Assembly (NCBI GenBank): GCA_041690355.1
Contig: JAWLHK010000005.1
Coordinates: 1 to 64,000, forward strand
Source of the DNA: a bacterium
GTDB lineage: Bacteria; J088; JAWLBW01
Reading direction: 5' to 3'
Length of the DNA stretch: 64,000 nucleotides
Part shown: one piece after another, positions 49,608-61,700 of the stretch
How the letters are laid out: every line of letters begins with the position of its first letter
How positions within the stretch are numbered: position 1 is the first letter of the stretch
The notes under the pieces: generated by a model
Told to the model about the DNA's origin: nothing
Seen by the model: only the letters and a program-made list of their open reading frames with translations
Databases searched by the model: none
Made by a program: the position numbers and the translations under genes

Positions 49608-50708
49608 CTAGGCGCCCACCGGAATCTTCAGCCGCTCGAGCATGAGCGTATCGTCGAGGACGAAGATCGGCAGGCCGCCCTCCTGCGCGGGGGGACGGAG
49701 CGAGGGGAGCTTGTCGGGCTGGAACTCGAAGGGCGCGACGACCCCCTTGAACAGCGTGCGCAGGGCGCGCGCCCCGAGCCGCGGATTCTCCATGGCGCGC
49801 GCGCAGAGAATCTCCAGGGCCTTGGGCGTGATCTGCAGATCCACGTTGTAGCTGCGGAAGTAGGCACGGCTGCGCTGGAATACGGAATCGGGCATGTCGA
49901 TGAGGATGCGCCCGAGCGCATCCGCATTCAAGTCGTTCAGAAACGAGATGCTCTCGAAGCGGCCGAGAAACTGCGGCGAAATGCCGTACTCGAACAGATC
50001 CTCGGTCTTCCACACATCACGCAGGTTGAAGACGTCGCGCTCGACGATCTGTCCCCACGGCGTCATGACGTTCTCTTTCTTGAGCGTCCCTGCATCCTTG
50101 CCGACGGTCATGCGCCGGTATACGATGTCGTGCAGCCCCTCGAAAGCGCCCGCCGCGATGAAGAGAATCCGGTCGGACTGCAGCACCATGTCTTCGACCC
50201 CGTCGCTCCCGTACACGGGGAGCAGGACGCGATCGGCTTCCATGAGCGTGAGCAGCGCCTCCTGCGCGCGGATGCCGGACGGATTCGGGCGGCCGCCGAT
50301 CTCGGCGCGGATCTTGTCGATTTCGTCGATGAACGCGATGCTCCCTTCCACGGCGGAGACGATCTCGGCGCGGCTCGCACGCGGACCGAGCGTGGCACGG
50401 GCGCGATCGATGAGTGCGCGCAGCACGGCGTGGCTTTCGGCCTTGGGCGAATCTTCTTCGGCGAGCGCGGCCGCGTTGATGCGCACGACCAGCGGCGCCT
50501 TTTCGCCTTGCGCGCGCGTGAGCACGGCCTCGACCTGCCGCATGAGCGTGGTCTTACCGGTTCCCGAGCTGCCGATGAAGAGAATGTTGCCCGAGCCGAC
50601 ACCATTCAGGTGTTTGCAGAGGGCGACGGCGGTCTCCTGCAGGGCGCCGTCCTGGCCGACGACGCCGCGCTGGAGGGCGGCAAAGACTTGGGCCGGATAC
50701 CAGGGCAT
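49608..50708 (-). CDS. ClpX-like AAA+ ATPase, atypical
   Basis: VVGQD, GSSGTGKT, FIDEIDKI, QEALL, ILFIAAGAF.GL, PQFLGRF, GARALR. Confidence 0.85.
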   Translation of the reverse strand: MPWYPAQVFAALQRGVVGQDGALQETAVALCKHLNGVGSGNILFIGSSGTGKTTLMRQVEAVLTRAQGEKAPLVVRINAAALAEEDSPKAESHAVLRALIDRARATLGPRASRAEIVSAVEGSIAFIDEIDKIRAEIGGRPNPSGIRAQEALLTLMEADRVLLPVYGSDGVEDMVLQSDRILFIAAGAFEGLHDIVYRRMTVGKDAGTLKKENVMTPWGQIVERDVFNLRDVWKTEDLFEYGISPQFLGRFESISFLNDLNADALGRILIDMPDSVFQRSRAYFRSYNVDLQITPKALEILCARAMENPRLGARALRTLFKGVVAPFEFQPDKLPSLRPPAQEGGLPIFVLDDTLMLERLKIPVGA

Positions 50709-50726
50709 GGCAAATCGTACCATACC

Positions 50727-50757
50727 CGGACGTCGGACGCCGGACGTCGGACGTCGG
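50727..50757 (+). repeat. Heptamer array (CGGACGT)
   Basis: cggacgtcggacgccggacgtcggacgtcgg; same type at 12114-12130. Confidence 0.75.
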
Positions 50758-50879
50758 TAGAAACAAGAACGATAAACCCTTCTCCTTACGAAGGAGAAGG
50801 GTCCGGGCGGCCGCCAGCCGCCCGGGGGATGAGGTGCGTGAGGTGGACTTCACCCCCCGGTCTCCGCTACGGTATTCCC

Positions 50880-51860
50880 TTGGAACTTTCCGCTGCTCTT
50901 ACCAAAGCCCTCGCCCACCGCCGCGCCCTGCCGGGCCTCGATACCGGGCCCGATGCCGCATGGCGCCTCGTGCACGATCCGTTCGACGGACTGCCCGGCC
51001 TCGCCGTCGACGTCTACGGAACCCACGCGCTCGTCCACCTCTACGATCCGGAATGGGATTCGCGGGTCGAGGCCGTTGCCGCCGCCCTGCTCGCCCTCGG
51101 TATCGTGCGCGGCGTGTATGCGACCGTGCGGCCGAAGGGGGGCACCGGCGCGACCGGGCGCTTCGTGGCCGGCGAACGCGCGCCCGAGGACCGCACCGAA
51201 ATCCGCGAACATGGACTCACCATCGAGATCCACCTGGCCGAAGGGCCGGCCACCGGGCTGTACATGGATCAACGGGCGAACCACCGCGCGCTGGCCGAAC
51301 GCCTCGCCGCGGTTCCCGGCGGCGGAACGCTGCTGAACACGTTCTGCTTCACGGCGGTCTTCAGCCTGGTGGCCGCCGCGCGCGGCACGAAGACGACCAA
51401 TGTGGACCTGGCGCGCGGCGCCCTCGAGCAGGGAAAGCGGAATTTCGAGCGGAACGGAATTCCCCTCGCGGATCAGAGCATCATCGCCGATGACGTCTTC
51501 CTCGTTCTCCCGCGCCTGGTGCGCCGGGGGAATCGGTACGATGCCGTGCTGCTCGATCCGCCGACCTTCGCGCGGGGCAAGCGGGGCACGTTTTCCACAG
51601 AGCGCGACTATGCGCAGCTGGTGGCGCAGGCCGCGCCGCTCGTGGCCCCCGGCGGGCTATTGGTCGCCTTCGCGAACACGCATCGCATGACCCGCCCGCA
51701 ATGGCTCGCCCAGGTGCGCCGGGGCCTCGGCGCCGCCTCCGCGGAATTCCGCGAAGTCGACCGGTGGACGCAGGATGTCGACTTCCCTGTGCGGGGGGAA
51801 GCGGAACGGTATCTCAAGGGGGTGGTGCTGCAGCGAACCGACCCTGCCGGCCCCCGCTAG
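50880..51860 (+). CDS. RlmK/RlmI-like class I SAM-dependent methyltransferase without PUA domain
   Basis: DGLPGLAVD.Y, TGLYMDQR.N, LNTFCFT..FS, LDPPTF, YLK; TTG start estimated. Confidence 0.85.
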   Translation: MELSAALTKALAHRRALPGLDTGPDAAWRLVHDPFDGLPGLAVDVYGTHALVHLYDPEWDSRVEAVAAALLALGIVRGVYATVRPKGGTGATGRFVAGERAPEDRTEIREHGLTIEIHLAEGPATGLYMDQRANHRALAERLAAVPGGGTLLNTFCFTAVFSLVAAARGTKTTNVDLARGALEQGKRNFERNGIPLADQSIIADDVFLVLPRLVRRGNRYDAVLLDPPTFARGKRGTFSTERDYAQLVAQAAPLVAPGGLLVAFANTHRMTRPQWLAQVRRGLGAASAEFREVDRWTQDVDFPVRGEAERYLKGVVLQRTDPAGPR

Positions 51861-51938
51861 AAAGTGGTCCGCCTGTGGCGCGCTGCTCGCCGACGCTCGC
51901 GGGAAGAGCAAAAAGAAAAAGAGATAAACCTGACCGCT

Positions 51939-51983
51939 ACCCAGGGCCCTGCCCTGGGCAAATGGCCGTCGCCCCTTCAGGGC
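51939..51983. repeat. REP-like palindrome (ACCCAGGGC-N3-GCCCTGGG...GCCCCTTCAGGGC)
   Basis: Perfect 8-bp hairpin plus a second GCCC..GGGC hairpin. Confidence 0.55.
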
Positions 51984-52094
51984 TCCATGATCGTCGCGGG
52001 GGCAGATGGTCGCCGCCGCCCCGCCAGGCCCCGCATGCATCGGAGTCTGAAGCACGTTCCAGATCTGCCATCTGTCATCTGCAATCTGCGATAT

Positions 52095-52245
52095 GCAGCG
52101 TTTGCTCCCCTGGGGGAGCCTTTGATTGCCATGTTCACTGTGTGGGGGCCCAGGCGGGGGCCGCGAAGCGGGTCCGAATTCACCTGCGGCAATGTTTGCT
52201 CCCCTCGGGGAGCCCTCGATCGCAATGCTCGCGGTGTGGGGGCCC
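52095..52245 (+). repeat. Two-copy degenerate repeat, period 94 bp
   Basis: GTTTGCTCCCCT.GGGGAGCC...TGTGGGGGCCC at 52095-52151 and 52189-52245. Confidence 0.75.
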
Positions 52246-52248
52246 GCG

Positions 52249-53006
52249 TCAGCGGACCCAGTCGCCAAGCCGGTTCCAGCGCACGTTGGTTTCGGCGCCG
52301 TTCCAGCTGAAGTAGATGAACATGGCGCGGCCGCGCACGTTCTCAAGCGGAACGAAGCCCCAGTAGCGGCTGTCGTTGGAGTGGTCACGGTTGTCGCCCA
52401 TGACGAACAGCTGCCCCTCGGGCACGACGATCGGACCAAAGGTCCGCTTGCCGGGAAGCGGGTCGTGGCTCAGCAGAAAGGGATGCGCCGTGCCGTTCAG
52501 GGTCTCGAGAAACATGTCGGCCGTGCCGGTTTCATCTTCCGCTTCGGTGTATTCGTAGCGTCCGGCCGCTTCGACCGGAATTGGCTGGCCGTTGATCCGC
52601 AGGCGTCCCGCGGCCATCTCGACGCGGTCGCCGGGAACGCCGATGACGCGCTTGATGAAGTCCTTGTCCGGATCGTTCGGAAAGCGGAAGACGATCACGT
52701 CCCCGCGCTCGGGAATGCCGAACTCGACGAACTTCTCGTCGGCCAGCGGATTCGGAATGCCGTAAATGAACTTGTTGACGAGGATGTGGTCGCCGACCTG
52801 CAGCGTCGGGATCATCGAGCCGCTCGGAATCTTGAACGCCTGTACGATGAACGTGCGGATGAACAGCGCCAGCACGATGGCCACCAGCACCGCTTCGATG
52901 AGCTCGCGCGTCTGGCCCTTGACCTTCGGCTGTTTTCCCGCCTGCGCCGCTTCGCCGCTCGCGCCCTCGGTGGCCGAGGGGGGCGTGGAGACGTCCTGTT
53001 CCTGCA

Positions 53007-53007
<1 letters not shown>
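52249..53007 (-). CDS. lepB: Signal peptidase I
   Basis: IPSGSMIPTL..GD, DFIKRVIG.PGD, MGDNRDHSNDSRYWG; TAATG overlap with lepA. Confidence 0.96.
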
Positions 53008-54818
<1,811 letters not shown>

Positions 54819-54890
54819 AAACCAATGATAATACCATAAGTGCTGCAGGGTTCGACATGGCGAACCTGGCGGGTGCGGGTCTACCGCTTG

Positions 54891-55157
54891 CGGAGGGGGG
54901 GAGCGGGGGAGGGGGAGAGGGGGGGATCAGACAAGGGCCGCGCATTCACGCCACGGCCCCAAACTGCATTCCTTGAGGTCCCGACGCACCTGCCGCCGGA
55001 GGCACTCGGGCCGCGTGAGAACACTGTCCCCCCGAGCGGCAGCGAGGGGGCTATCGTGGCGCACAGGTGCGCAGGCCGCCAGAAATCAGCACCCCGAAAA
55101 CCGAAGCGGTCACGTGTTCGCCGCACGCCATGCGGGCCGAGGGTGCACGCGCGGCGT
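54891..55157 (+). repeat. Dispersed structured element, copy C
   Basis: 30-nt core at 55026-55055. Confidence 0.85.
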
Positions 55158-55273
55158 CGGTCGGACGTGGGCCCTTGCTTCGCCGACGTCCGGCGCATTG
55201 CCCTCCGTAGCGAAGCGGATGGGGGGTCCGACGTCCAATTCGGCTTGCGCCTTGCGGCCCGCCCTGATTGAAT

Positions 55274-55693
55274 ATGGTCATGGTCCGCCGTAGCGTCAGC
55301 CTGCTGCTCGTCGCCTTCGTGAGCGCGTTCGCGTTCGCGTCGGCCACCGTGTGCACGATGCCCGACGAAGCGGCCGCCCATTCGGAACACGCGGCCCACG
55401 CGCCCGCGGCGGCCTCCGCCCTTCCCGATTGCCACGCCGCCGCGGCGGAACAACCGCAGCCGGCCGAAGTTCCCGCAGGCGACCCCTGCGCGAACCATGG
55501 CGACAGCTGCATGGTGCACCTCGAGGCCGAGGCCGGCGTTCCCGGCGTGCCGGTCGACGTGCCGGCGACCCCCGCGGCTTCCTTCGTGGTGACCCTGGCC
55601 GAGCCGACGCTTCTTCCCGCGGCGATCCGCGCGATTGCGGACGTGCCCCTGTTCGAACCGCCCCCCTCTTCCATCGCCATCCTGCGCATCTGA
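55274..55693 (+). CDS. Small secreted His/Cys-rich protein (DUF2946-like) upstream of the Cus operon
   Basis: Sec signal; C-x-M, His cluster, DCH, CANHGDSC; C-terminal EPPP...LRI. Confidence 0.7.
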   Translation: MVMVRRSVSLLLVAFVSAFAFASATVCTMPDEAAAHSEHAAHAPAAASALPDCHAAAAEQPQPAEVPAGDPCANHGDSCMVHLEAEAGVPGVPVDVPATPAASFVVTLAEPTLLPAAIRAIADVPLFEPPPSSIAILRI

Positions 55694-55860
55694 GATCCGG
55701 CGCAGACCTGCGTTCCGCCGCGGAGCTTCCGCGCCGGGCACGCGTGCGTCTGATTCCGCCCCGGTCCGCCCGTTTGCGTCTTTTCGGGCGGGTCTCCGTC
55801 TGATCCGGTAACCGATACGTTTCCCCCCGATCCGGGAGGAAACCGGAATGACAGGCTCTT

Positions 55861-57138
55861 ATGCGCAAGGTGTTACTGCCCTTTGTCCTGGGGATGGTTC
55901 TCGCCCCACTTCCGCTGGCCGCGGAAGAAACGGAACCGATGACCGTCGACGCCTTCGTCGCGCGCGTGATCGAGCGGAATCCCTCGCTCGCCGCCGCCCG
56001 CGCCGCGTGGACCGCGGCCGATCGCTCGGTCGAGGCGACCGGCGTCAACGAGGACCCGATGCTGATGTACGCCATCGCTCCTCTCGCAGCGGCCCAGGGG
56101 GACCTGAGCGGCGTGCATCAGGTGGAACTCTCCCAATCGTTGCGCTGGCCGGGCAAGAACGGCCTCGAACGGCGGATGGCCGACGCCGAAGCCGGCATGG
56201 CGCGCCAGCGGTACCAGGCCGCCCTGCTCGACACCGTCGCCGAAGCGAAGCTGGCCTGGGCCGACCACGCCGACGCCGCGCTCGAAATCCGGGCGCTGGA
56301 GGATCAGCGCGAACAGCTCGGCCACGTGAAAGAAGTCTCGGCCGCGGGGGTCGCCGCCGGGCGGCGCATGCAGGCCGACCTGCTGGCCGTCGATGTCGAA
56401 GATCACATGGTGCACGAACGCATCCTGATGCTCACCGGCCGTCTCGAGGCGACGCGCGCGCAACTCGAGGCCCTCGCGGGGGGCGCCCTCGAAGGCACGG
56501 TCACCACCTGGATTCCGCCGATACCGGTCGCACCTGGCGCGTCCACGGCATCCGTTCCCCCGGCCCTCGACAAGCAACCGGAGATCCAGATGGCCCACCT
56601 TGCGGCCGAACGCGCCGCCGCCGCCGCCGAGCTGGCCCGCAAGGATCGTTACCCGGATCTGGGCGTCTTCGCAGGCCTGAACACGATGTGGCCGGAGCGC
56701 CCGATGTGGCTCATGGCCGGCGTCCGCGTGAATCTTCCCGTGCGCACCGGGCGCCGCCGCGCCGCCGAAGATGCCGCCGATGCGGCGCGGGAGTCCGAGC
56801 GCCGGCAGCTCGAAGCCATGGTGCTCGAGCGCAAGCGGGCGGCCGCGGCCGCCGAAGCGGAACTGCGCGCGGCCCGGCAATCCGAGGACCTCTCCCGGCG
56901 CATCCTCCTGCCGCTGGCCGAACGCCGCCTCGCGTCGCTCCGCTCGGCCTATGCCGCCGGGCAGGCCTCGATGGACGACTGGCTCCAGGCGAACCGCGAC
57001 TGGATCGCCGCGCAACTCATGGCCGAGCGCGCCGCCCTGACACGCTTCCGCGCCGCGGTCGCGCTGGCGCGCGCCAACGCAGAAGAAATGACAAATGACA
57101 GATTGCAGATGGCAGATCCGAAGACGGGCGAGGAGTGA
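55861..57138 (+). CDS. TolC-family outer membrane factor (CusC-like)
   Basis: Signal peptide, ERNPSL, DPML, SQ...WPGK, YPD, Y.AG; first gene before MFP and RND. Confidence 0.88.
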   Translation: MRKVLLPFVLGMVLAPLPLAAEETEPMTVDAFVARVIERNPSLAAARAAWTAADRSVEATGVNEDPMLMYAIAPLAAAQGDLSGVHQVELSQSLRWPGKNGLERRMADAEAGMARQRYQAALLDTVAEAKLAWADHADAALEIRALEDQREQLGHVKEVSAAGVAAGRRMQADLLAVDVEDHMVHERILMLTGRLEATRAQLEALAGGALEGTVTTWIPPIPVAPGASTASVPPALDKQPEIQMAHLAAERAAAAAELARKDRYPDLGVFAGLNTMWPERPMWLMAGVRVNLPVRTGRRRAAEDAADAARESERRQLEAMVLERKRAAAAAEAELRAARQSEDLSRRILLPLAERRLASLRSAYAAGQASMDDWLQANRDWIAAQLMAERAALTRFRAAVALARANAEEMTNDRLQMADPKTGEE

Positions 57139-57142
57139 ACAT

Positions 57143-58744
57143 ATGACACCGACCGAAACGCTGCACCTGGTTCTACGTCCCAGCCTCCGGGTCCCCCCTC
57201 GGGGGACGACAGGGGGGGCTCTTCTCCTCCTCCTTCTGCTCACGTTGCTCGCCGCCTGCAACCGCGACGATCATGCCGAGCACGCGACGCCCGCCGCCAC
57301 CGCGGCCGACGAAAAGACCATTCGCATCGGCGACCTGGCGTTGCGCGTCGACGCCGAGTACAAGACCGATCGCCGCGTGCAGATCGGCGTGCAGGCCCAA
57401 CGCAACGGCGAGCCGGTGCACCTGCGCGGAACCGGAGACGCGGTCATGCCGGCCATGGGCTCCATGCCCGAGATGCACGCGGGGATCGCCTTCGCGCAGG
57501 ACGGCCACGGTCTGACCGGCGACGTGGAGCTCACGATGGCCGGCGAATGGTTTCCCGTGCTCACCCTCGACGCCGGCGGGCAGACCGTCACACTGCACTT
57601 CGCGCTCAATACGGGCGACCGGAGTTTCGTCTTCCAGTACGCGGTCCCGCCGTCAATCCACGGCGGAAGCGGAACGGCGCCGGCCATGGCGTCCGTGTCC
57701 GGCAGTGCGCAGGATGCGCCGCGCATTCACGTTCCCCAGGCGCGCCGGCAGAAGATCGGCGTGACCTTCGCTGCGGCAACGATGCAGACCCTGACGCCGC
57801 GGCTCGACGCCTTCGGCCGCGTGGAAGTGAACGAAGAAAGCCTGGCCGACGTCAATCTGCGCGCCGAAGGGTGGGTGCGCGAAGTCTTCGCAAAGACCGT
57901 CGGCGAACCCGTGCGTGCCGGGCAGCCCCTGTTCCGCCTCGAAAGCCCGATGCTGCAGGCGGCGCAGGAGGAATTCCTCATCGCCTTGCAGAGCGGTGAC
58001 GATGCGCTGCTCGCCGCCGCCTCGGCGAAGCTCGACGCCCTCGGCTTCACGGACGCACAGGTGCGCACGCTGCGCGAGAAGCGCCGGGCCGACGCGACGC
58101 TGACCATCCGCGCCCCCCGCGACGGCTTCGTGGTCGCCAAGGAGGTCGTCGAGGGACAGCGGGTCGACAACGGCATGACCGCCTACCGCATCGGGAACCT
58201 CGGCAAGGTCTGGATCCTCGCCGACGTCTTCGAAGCCGACGTTCCCCTGCTCTCGCGGGGCGCGCGCGGCGTCGTGTCGCTCCCCTGGCTGCGCGGCCGC
58301 AGCGTCGAGGGGAAGATCGTGCAGATCTATCCCACCGTCGATCCGAAGAGCCGCACCCTTCCCGTCCGCCTCGAGCTGCGGAACGTGGGCGAGACCCTGA
58401 AGCCGGGCATGTTCGTCGACGTGACGCTCGACGGGGCGCCGCAGCACGGCCTCACGATTCCCCGCACCGCCCTCCTCTACGCCGGCGAGACCGGCTTCGT
58501 CTTCGTCGACGCGGGAGACGGCTATCTGGAACCCCGGCGGGTGGAACCGGGCGTGACGGTGGGCGACATGGTGTTCATCCGCTCGGGGCTGCAGGAGGGG
58601 GAACGCGTGAGCACGTCGGCGAACTTCCTCCTCTCCTCCGAAGCCCAGTTGCGGAATGCGCTCCCGAAGTGGAACGGGGCAGGCGCCCCCGAGGCCCCCG
58701 CACCCGCCGCGGCCGCGCACAATCACGGACACGAGGGGCACTGA
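57143..58744 (+). CDS. cusB: CusB-like membrane fusion protein with N-terminal YtkA/FixH-like domain
   Basis: LAAC lipobox; MPAMGSMPEMH...MAGEW; EGWV, QEE, YPTVD..SRT, LKPGMF, ANFLL.SE; His tail. Confidence 0.88.
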   Translation: MTPTETLHLVLRPSLRVPPRGTTGGALLLLLLLTLLAACNRDDHAEHATPAATAADEKTIRIGDLALRVDAEYKTDRRVQIGVQAQRNGEPVHLRGTGDAVMPAMGSMPEMHAGIAFAQDGHGLTGDVELTMAGEWFPVLTLDAGGQTVTLHFALNTGDRSFVFQYAVPPSIHGGSGTAPAMASVSGSAQDAPRIHVPQARRQKIGVTFAAATMQTLTPRLDAFGRVEVNEESLADVNLRAEGWVREVFAKTVGEPVRAGQPLFRLESPMLQAAQEEFLIALQSGDDALLAAASAKLDALGFTDAQVRTLREKRRADATLTIRAPRDGFVVAKEVVEGQRVDNGMTAYRIGNLGKVWILADVFEADVPLLSRGARGVVSLPWLRGRSVEGKIVQIYPTVDPKSRTLPVRLELRNVGETLKPGMFVDVTLDGAPQHGLTIPRTALLYAGETGFVFVDAGDGYLEPRRVEPGVTVGDMVFIRSGLQEGERVSTSANFLLSSEAQLRNALPKWNGAGAPEAPAPAAAAHNHGHEGH

Positions 58745-58745
58745 G

Positions 58746-61700
58746 ATGATTGAGCGGATCATCGCCTTCTCGGCGCGCAATCGCTTTCTGACCTTCGCGC
58801 TGACCGTCTTTCTCGCGGTCGCCGGATGGACGGCGCTCCAGCGCACGCCGCTCGACGCCATCCCCGATCTGTCGGACACGCAGGTCATTCTCTTCACCGA
58901 GTGGATGGGTCGCAGTCCGGATCTCGTCGAGGATCAGATCACCTATCCGCTGGTCGCCCAGATGCTCGCGGCTCCGGGCGTGCAGACCGTGCGCGGGCAG
59001 TCGATGTTCGGCATGTCGTTCGTCAGCATCATCTTCGACGACGACGTGGATCTGTACTGGGCGCGCAGCCGCGTTCTCGAGTACCTGAGCGGCATCGGCC
59101 CGAAACTCCCCCCCGGCGTGACGCCCGTGCTGGGCCCTGACGCCACCGGCGTGGGCTGGGTCTACGAGTATGCCCTGCGGAGCGTGGACGGCAACACCAG
59201 CCTGGCGGATCTCCGCTCGCTGCAGGACTGGACGCTTCGCTTCGCGCTCGAATCGGTCCCCGGCGTGGCCCAGGTCGCCTCCCTCGGCGGCCACGTGAAG
59301 GAATACCAGATCGACGTGGATCCCGATCGATTGCGTGCCTACGGCGTCTCGCTGGCGCAGGTCGGCCGCGCCGTCGCGGCCTCGAATCAGGACGTCGGCG
59401 GACGCGCCCTCGAGATCGCCGACACGGAATACGTCGTGCGGGGTCGCGGCTACGTCACGTCCGTCGAAGACCTGGAACTCACGCCCGTCGGCATGCGCAA
59501 ACCCGGGGTGCCCGTGCTCCTGCGCGACGTTGCCCGCGTGCAGCTCGGTTCTGCCTTGCGCCGCGGCGCGGCCGAGTTGAACGGCGAAGGGGAAACCGCG
59601 GGGGGCATCGTCATCATGCGCGCCGGCGAGAACGCGCGCGACGTCATCCGCCGGGTCCAAGCGCGCCTGGAGGAAGTGAAGCGCAGCCTCCCCCCCGGCG
59701 TCGAGATCGTACCCGCCTACAACCGGGCGGAGCTGATCGACCGCGCGACCGATAATCTGAAGACGAAGCTGATCGAAGAGATGATCGTCGTCAGCCTGAT
59801 TGTGGCGCTCTTCCTCTTCCACTTCCGCAGCGCGCTCGTGGTCATTCTCACGCTGCCGCTGGCCGTGCTGCTCTCGTTCATCCCCATGCAGCAGCTGGGG
59901 ATCACGGCCAACATCATGTCGCTCGGCGGCATCGCCATCGCCATCGGCGCCATGGTCGACGCCGCCATCATCCTCGTTGAAAATGCCCACAAGCGGCTGG
60001 AGGAATGGGAGGAGGCCGGAAGGCCCGGATCGCGGAACGAGGTGCTCATCGAAGCCTTTCAGGAAGTCGGGCGCCCGCTCTTCTTCTCGCTGCTCGTCAT
60101 CACCGTCAGCTTTCTTCCCGTCTTCGCGCTCGAGGGCCAGGAAGGCCGCCTCTTTTCGCCGCTCGCCTACACGAAGACCTTCTCGATGGGCTTTGCGACC
60201 CTGCTCGCAATCACCTTCACCCCGGCCCTCGCCCTGACGCTGATCCGCGGACGGATCCGGAAGGAAGAGGATCATCCCGTATCGCGTCTGTTCACGCGGA
60301 TCTACGAACCGGCCGTGCGCTTCGTGCTCGAGCGGCCGCGCGCCGTCATCGCCGGGGCCGCGCTGCTCGTTCTGGGAACCGTTCCGGTATTCCTCTCTCT
60401 CGAGAGCGAATTCATGCCGCCGCTCAACGAGGGGTCGATTCTCTACATGCCGACCGCCGTTCCGGGCATGAGTCTCGACGAAGCGGTCAATGTCATGCAG
60501 CGCCAGGATGCCATCCTGAAATCGTTCCCCGAGGTCGAAACGGTCTTCGGCAAGGCGGGGCGCGCCGAGACGCCGACCGATCCCGCGCCGATCAGCATGT
60601 TTGAAACCGTCGTCACCCTGAAGCCCGAAGATCAGTGGCGCGACGGCATGACCTTTGACAAACTGCTCGCCGAGATGAATCGCGAGATGCGCTTCGCCGG
60701 CATGTCGAACACGTTCTGGATGCCGATCCAGACGCGCACCGAGATGCTAGCCACGGGCGTGCGCTCGGCTCTGGCGCTCAAGGTCTACGGCGCCGATGTC
60801 AAGGACGTCGAGGCCGCCGGAATCGAGGTGGAACGCATCCTTTCCGAGGTTCCGGGTACCCGCAGTGTCTTTGCCGAGCGCATCGGCGGCGGCCGCTACC
60901 TCGACTTCGACATCGACCGCCGCGCGGCCGCCCGCTACGGCGTGAGCGTCGAGGAGATCGGGATGGCCATCGAAACGGCCATCGGGGGCACCACGGTCAG
61001 CCGCACGGTCGAGGGGCGCGAGCGGTATCCGATTTCCATCCGGTACGCCCGCGATTTCCGCAGCACGCCCGAAGCGCTCGAGCGTACCCTCGTGATGACC
61101 GAGAGCGGGGCCCAGATTCCGCTCGCCTACGTCGCGCGCCTGCACTTCCGCGACGGTCCGCCGATGATCGGTTCCGAGAACGCGCGCCTGACCAGTCTCG
61201 TCACGCTCGACGTGGAGCCGGGGATCGCCATCAGCGAATACGTAGAGCGGGCCGACGCTGCGCTTCGCGAGCAGCTCAGGTTGCCCGCGGGGGTCACGCT
61301 TCGCTGGGCGGGGCAGCATGAGCACTGGGCGCGTGCCAAGGAGCGGCTCAAGCTGGCGGTGCCGGCGACGCTGTTCCTCATTTTCCTCCTGCTCTATCTC
61401 AACAGCCGTTCGCTGACCGAAACGTGGATTGTGCTCCTGGCGGTCCCCTTCTCGCTCGTCGGCGCGTTCTGGCTGCTGTGGCTGCTCGACTACAACCTGA
61501 GCATCGCCGTCTGGGTCGGCCTGATTGCACTCGCGGGGCTGGATGCCGAGACGGGGATCGTGATGCTGGTCTATCTGGATCAATCCTTCCGCCGCGCGCG
61601 CGATCGTGGGACGCTCACGAGCGAGGCTGCCCTGCGCGAAGTCATCGTGCACGGCGCGGCCAAGCGCATCCGTCCGAAAGCGATGACGGTGCTCACGGTG

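Noticed and set aside
49566-50879. N-terminal 438 aa of the 764-aa ORF (apparent methyltransferase fusion)
   Set aside because: Antisense to the ClpX-like gene; methyltransferase homology begins near 50880
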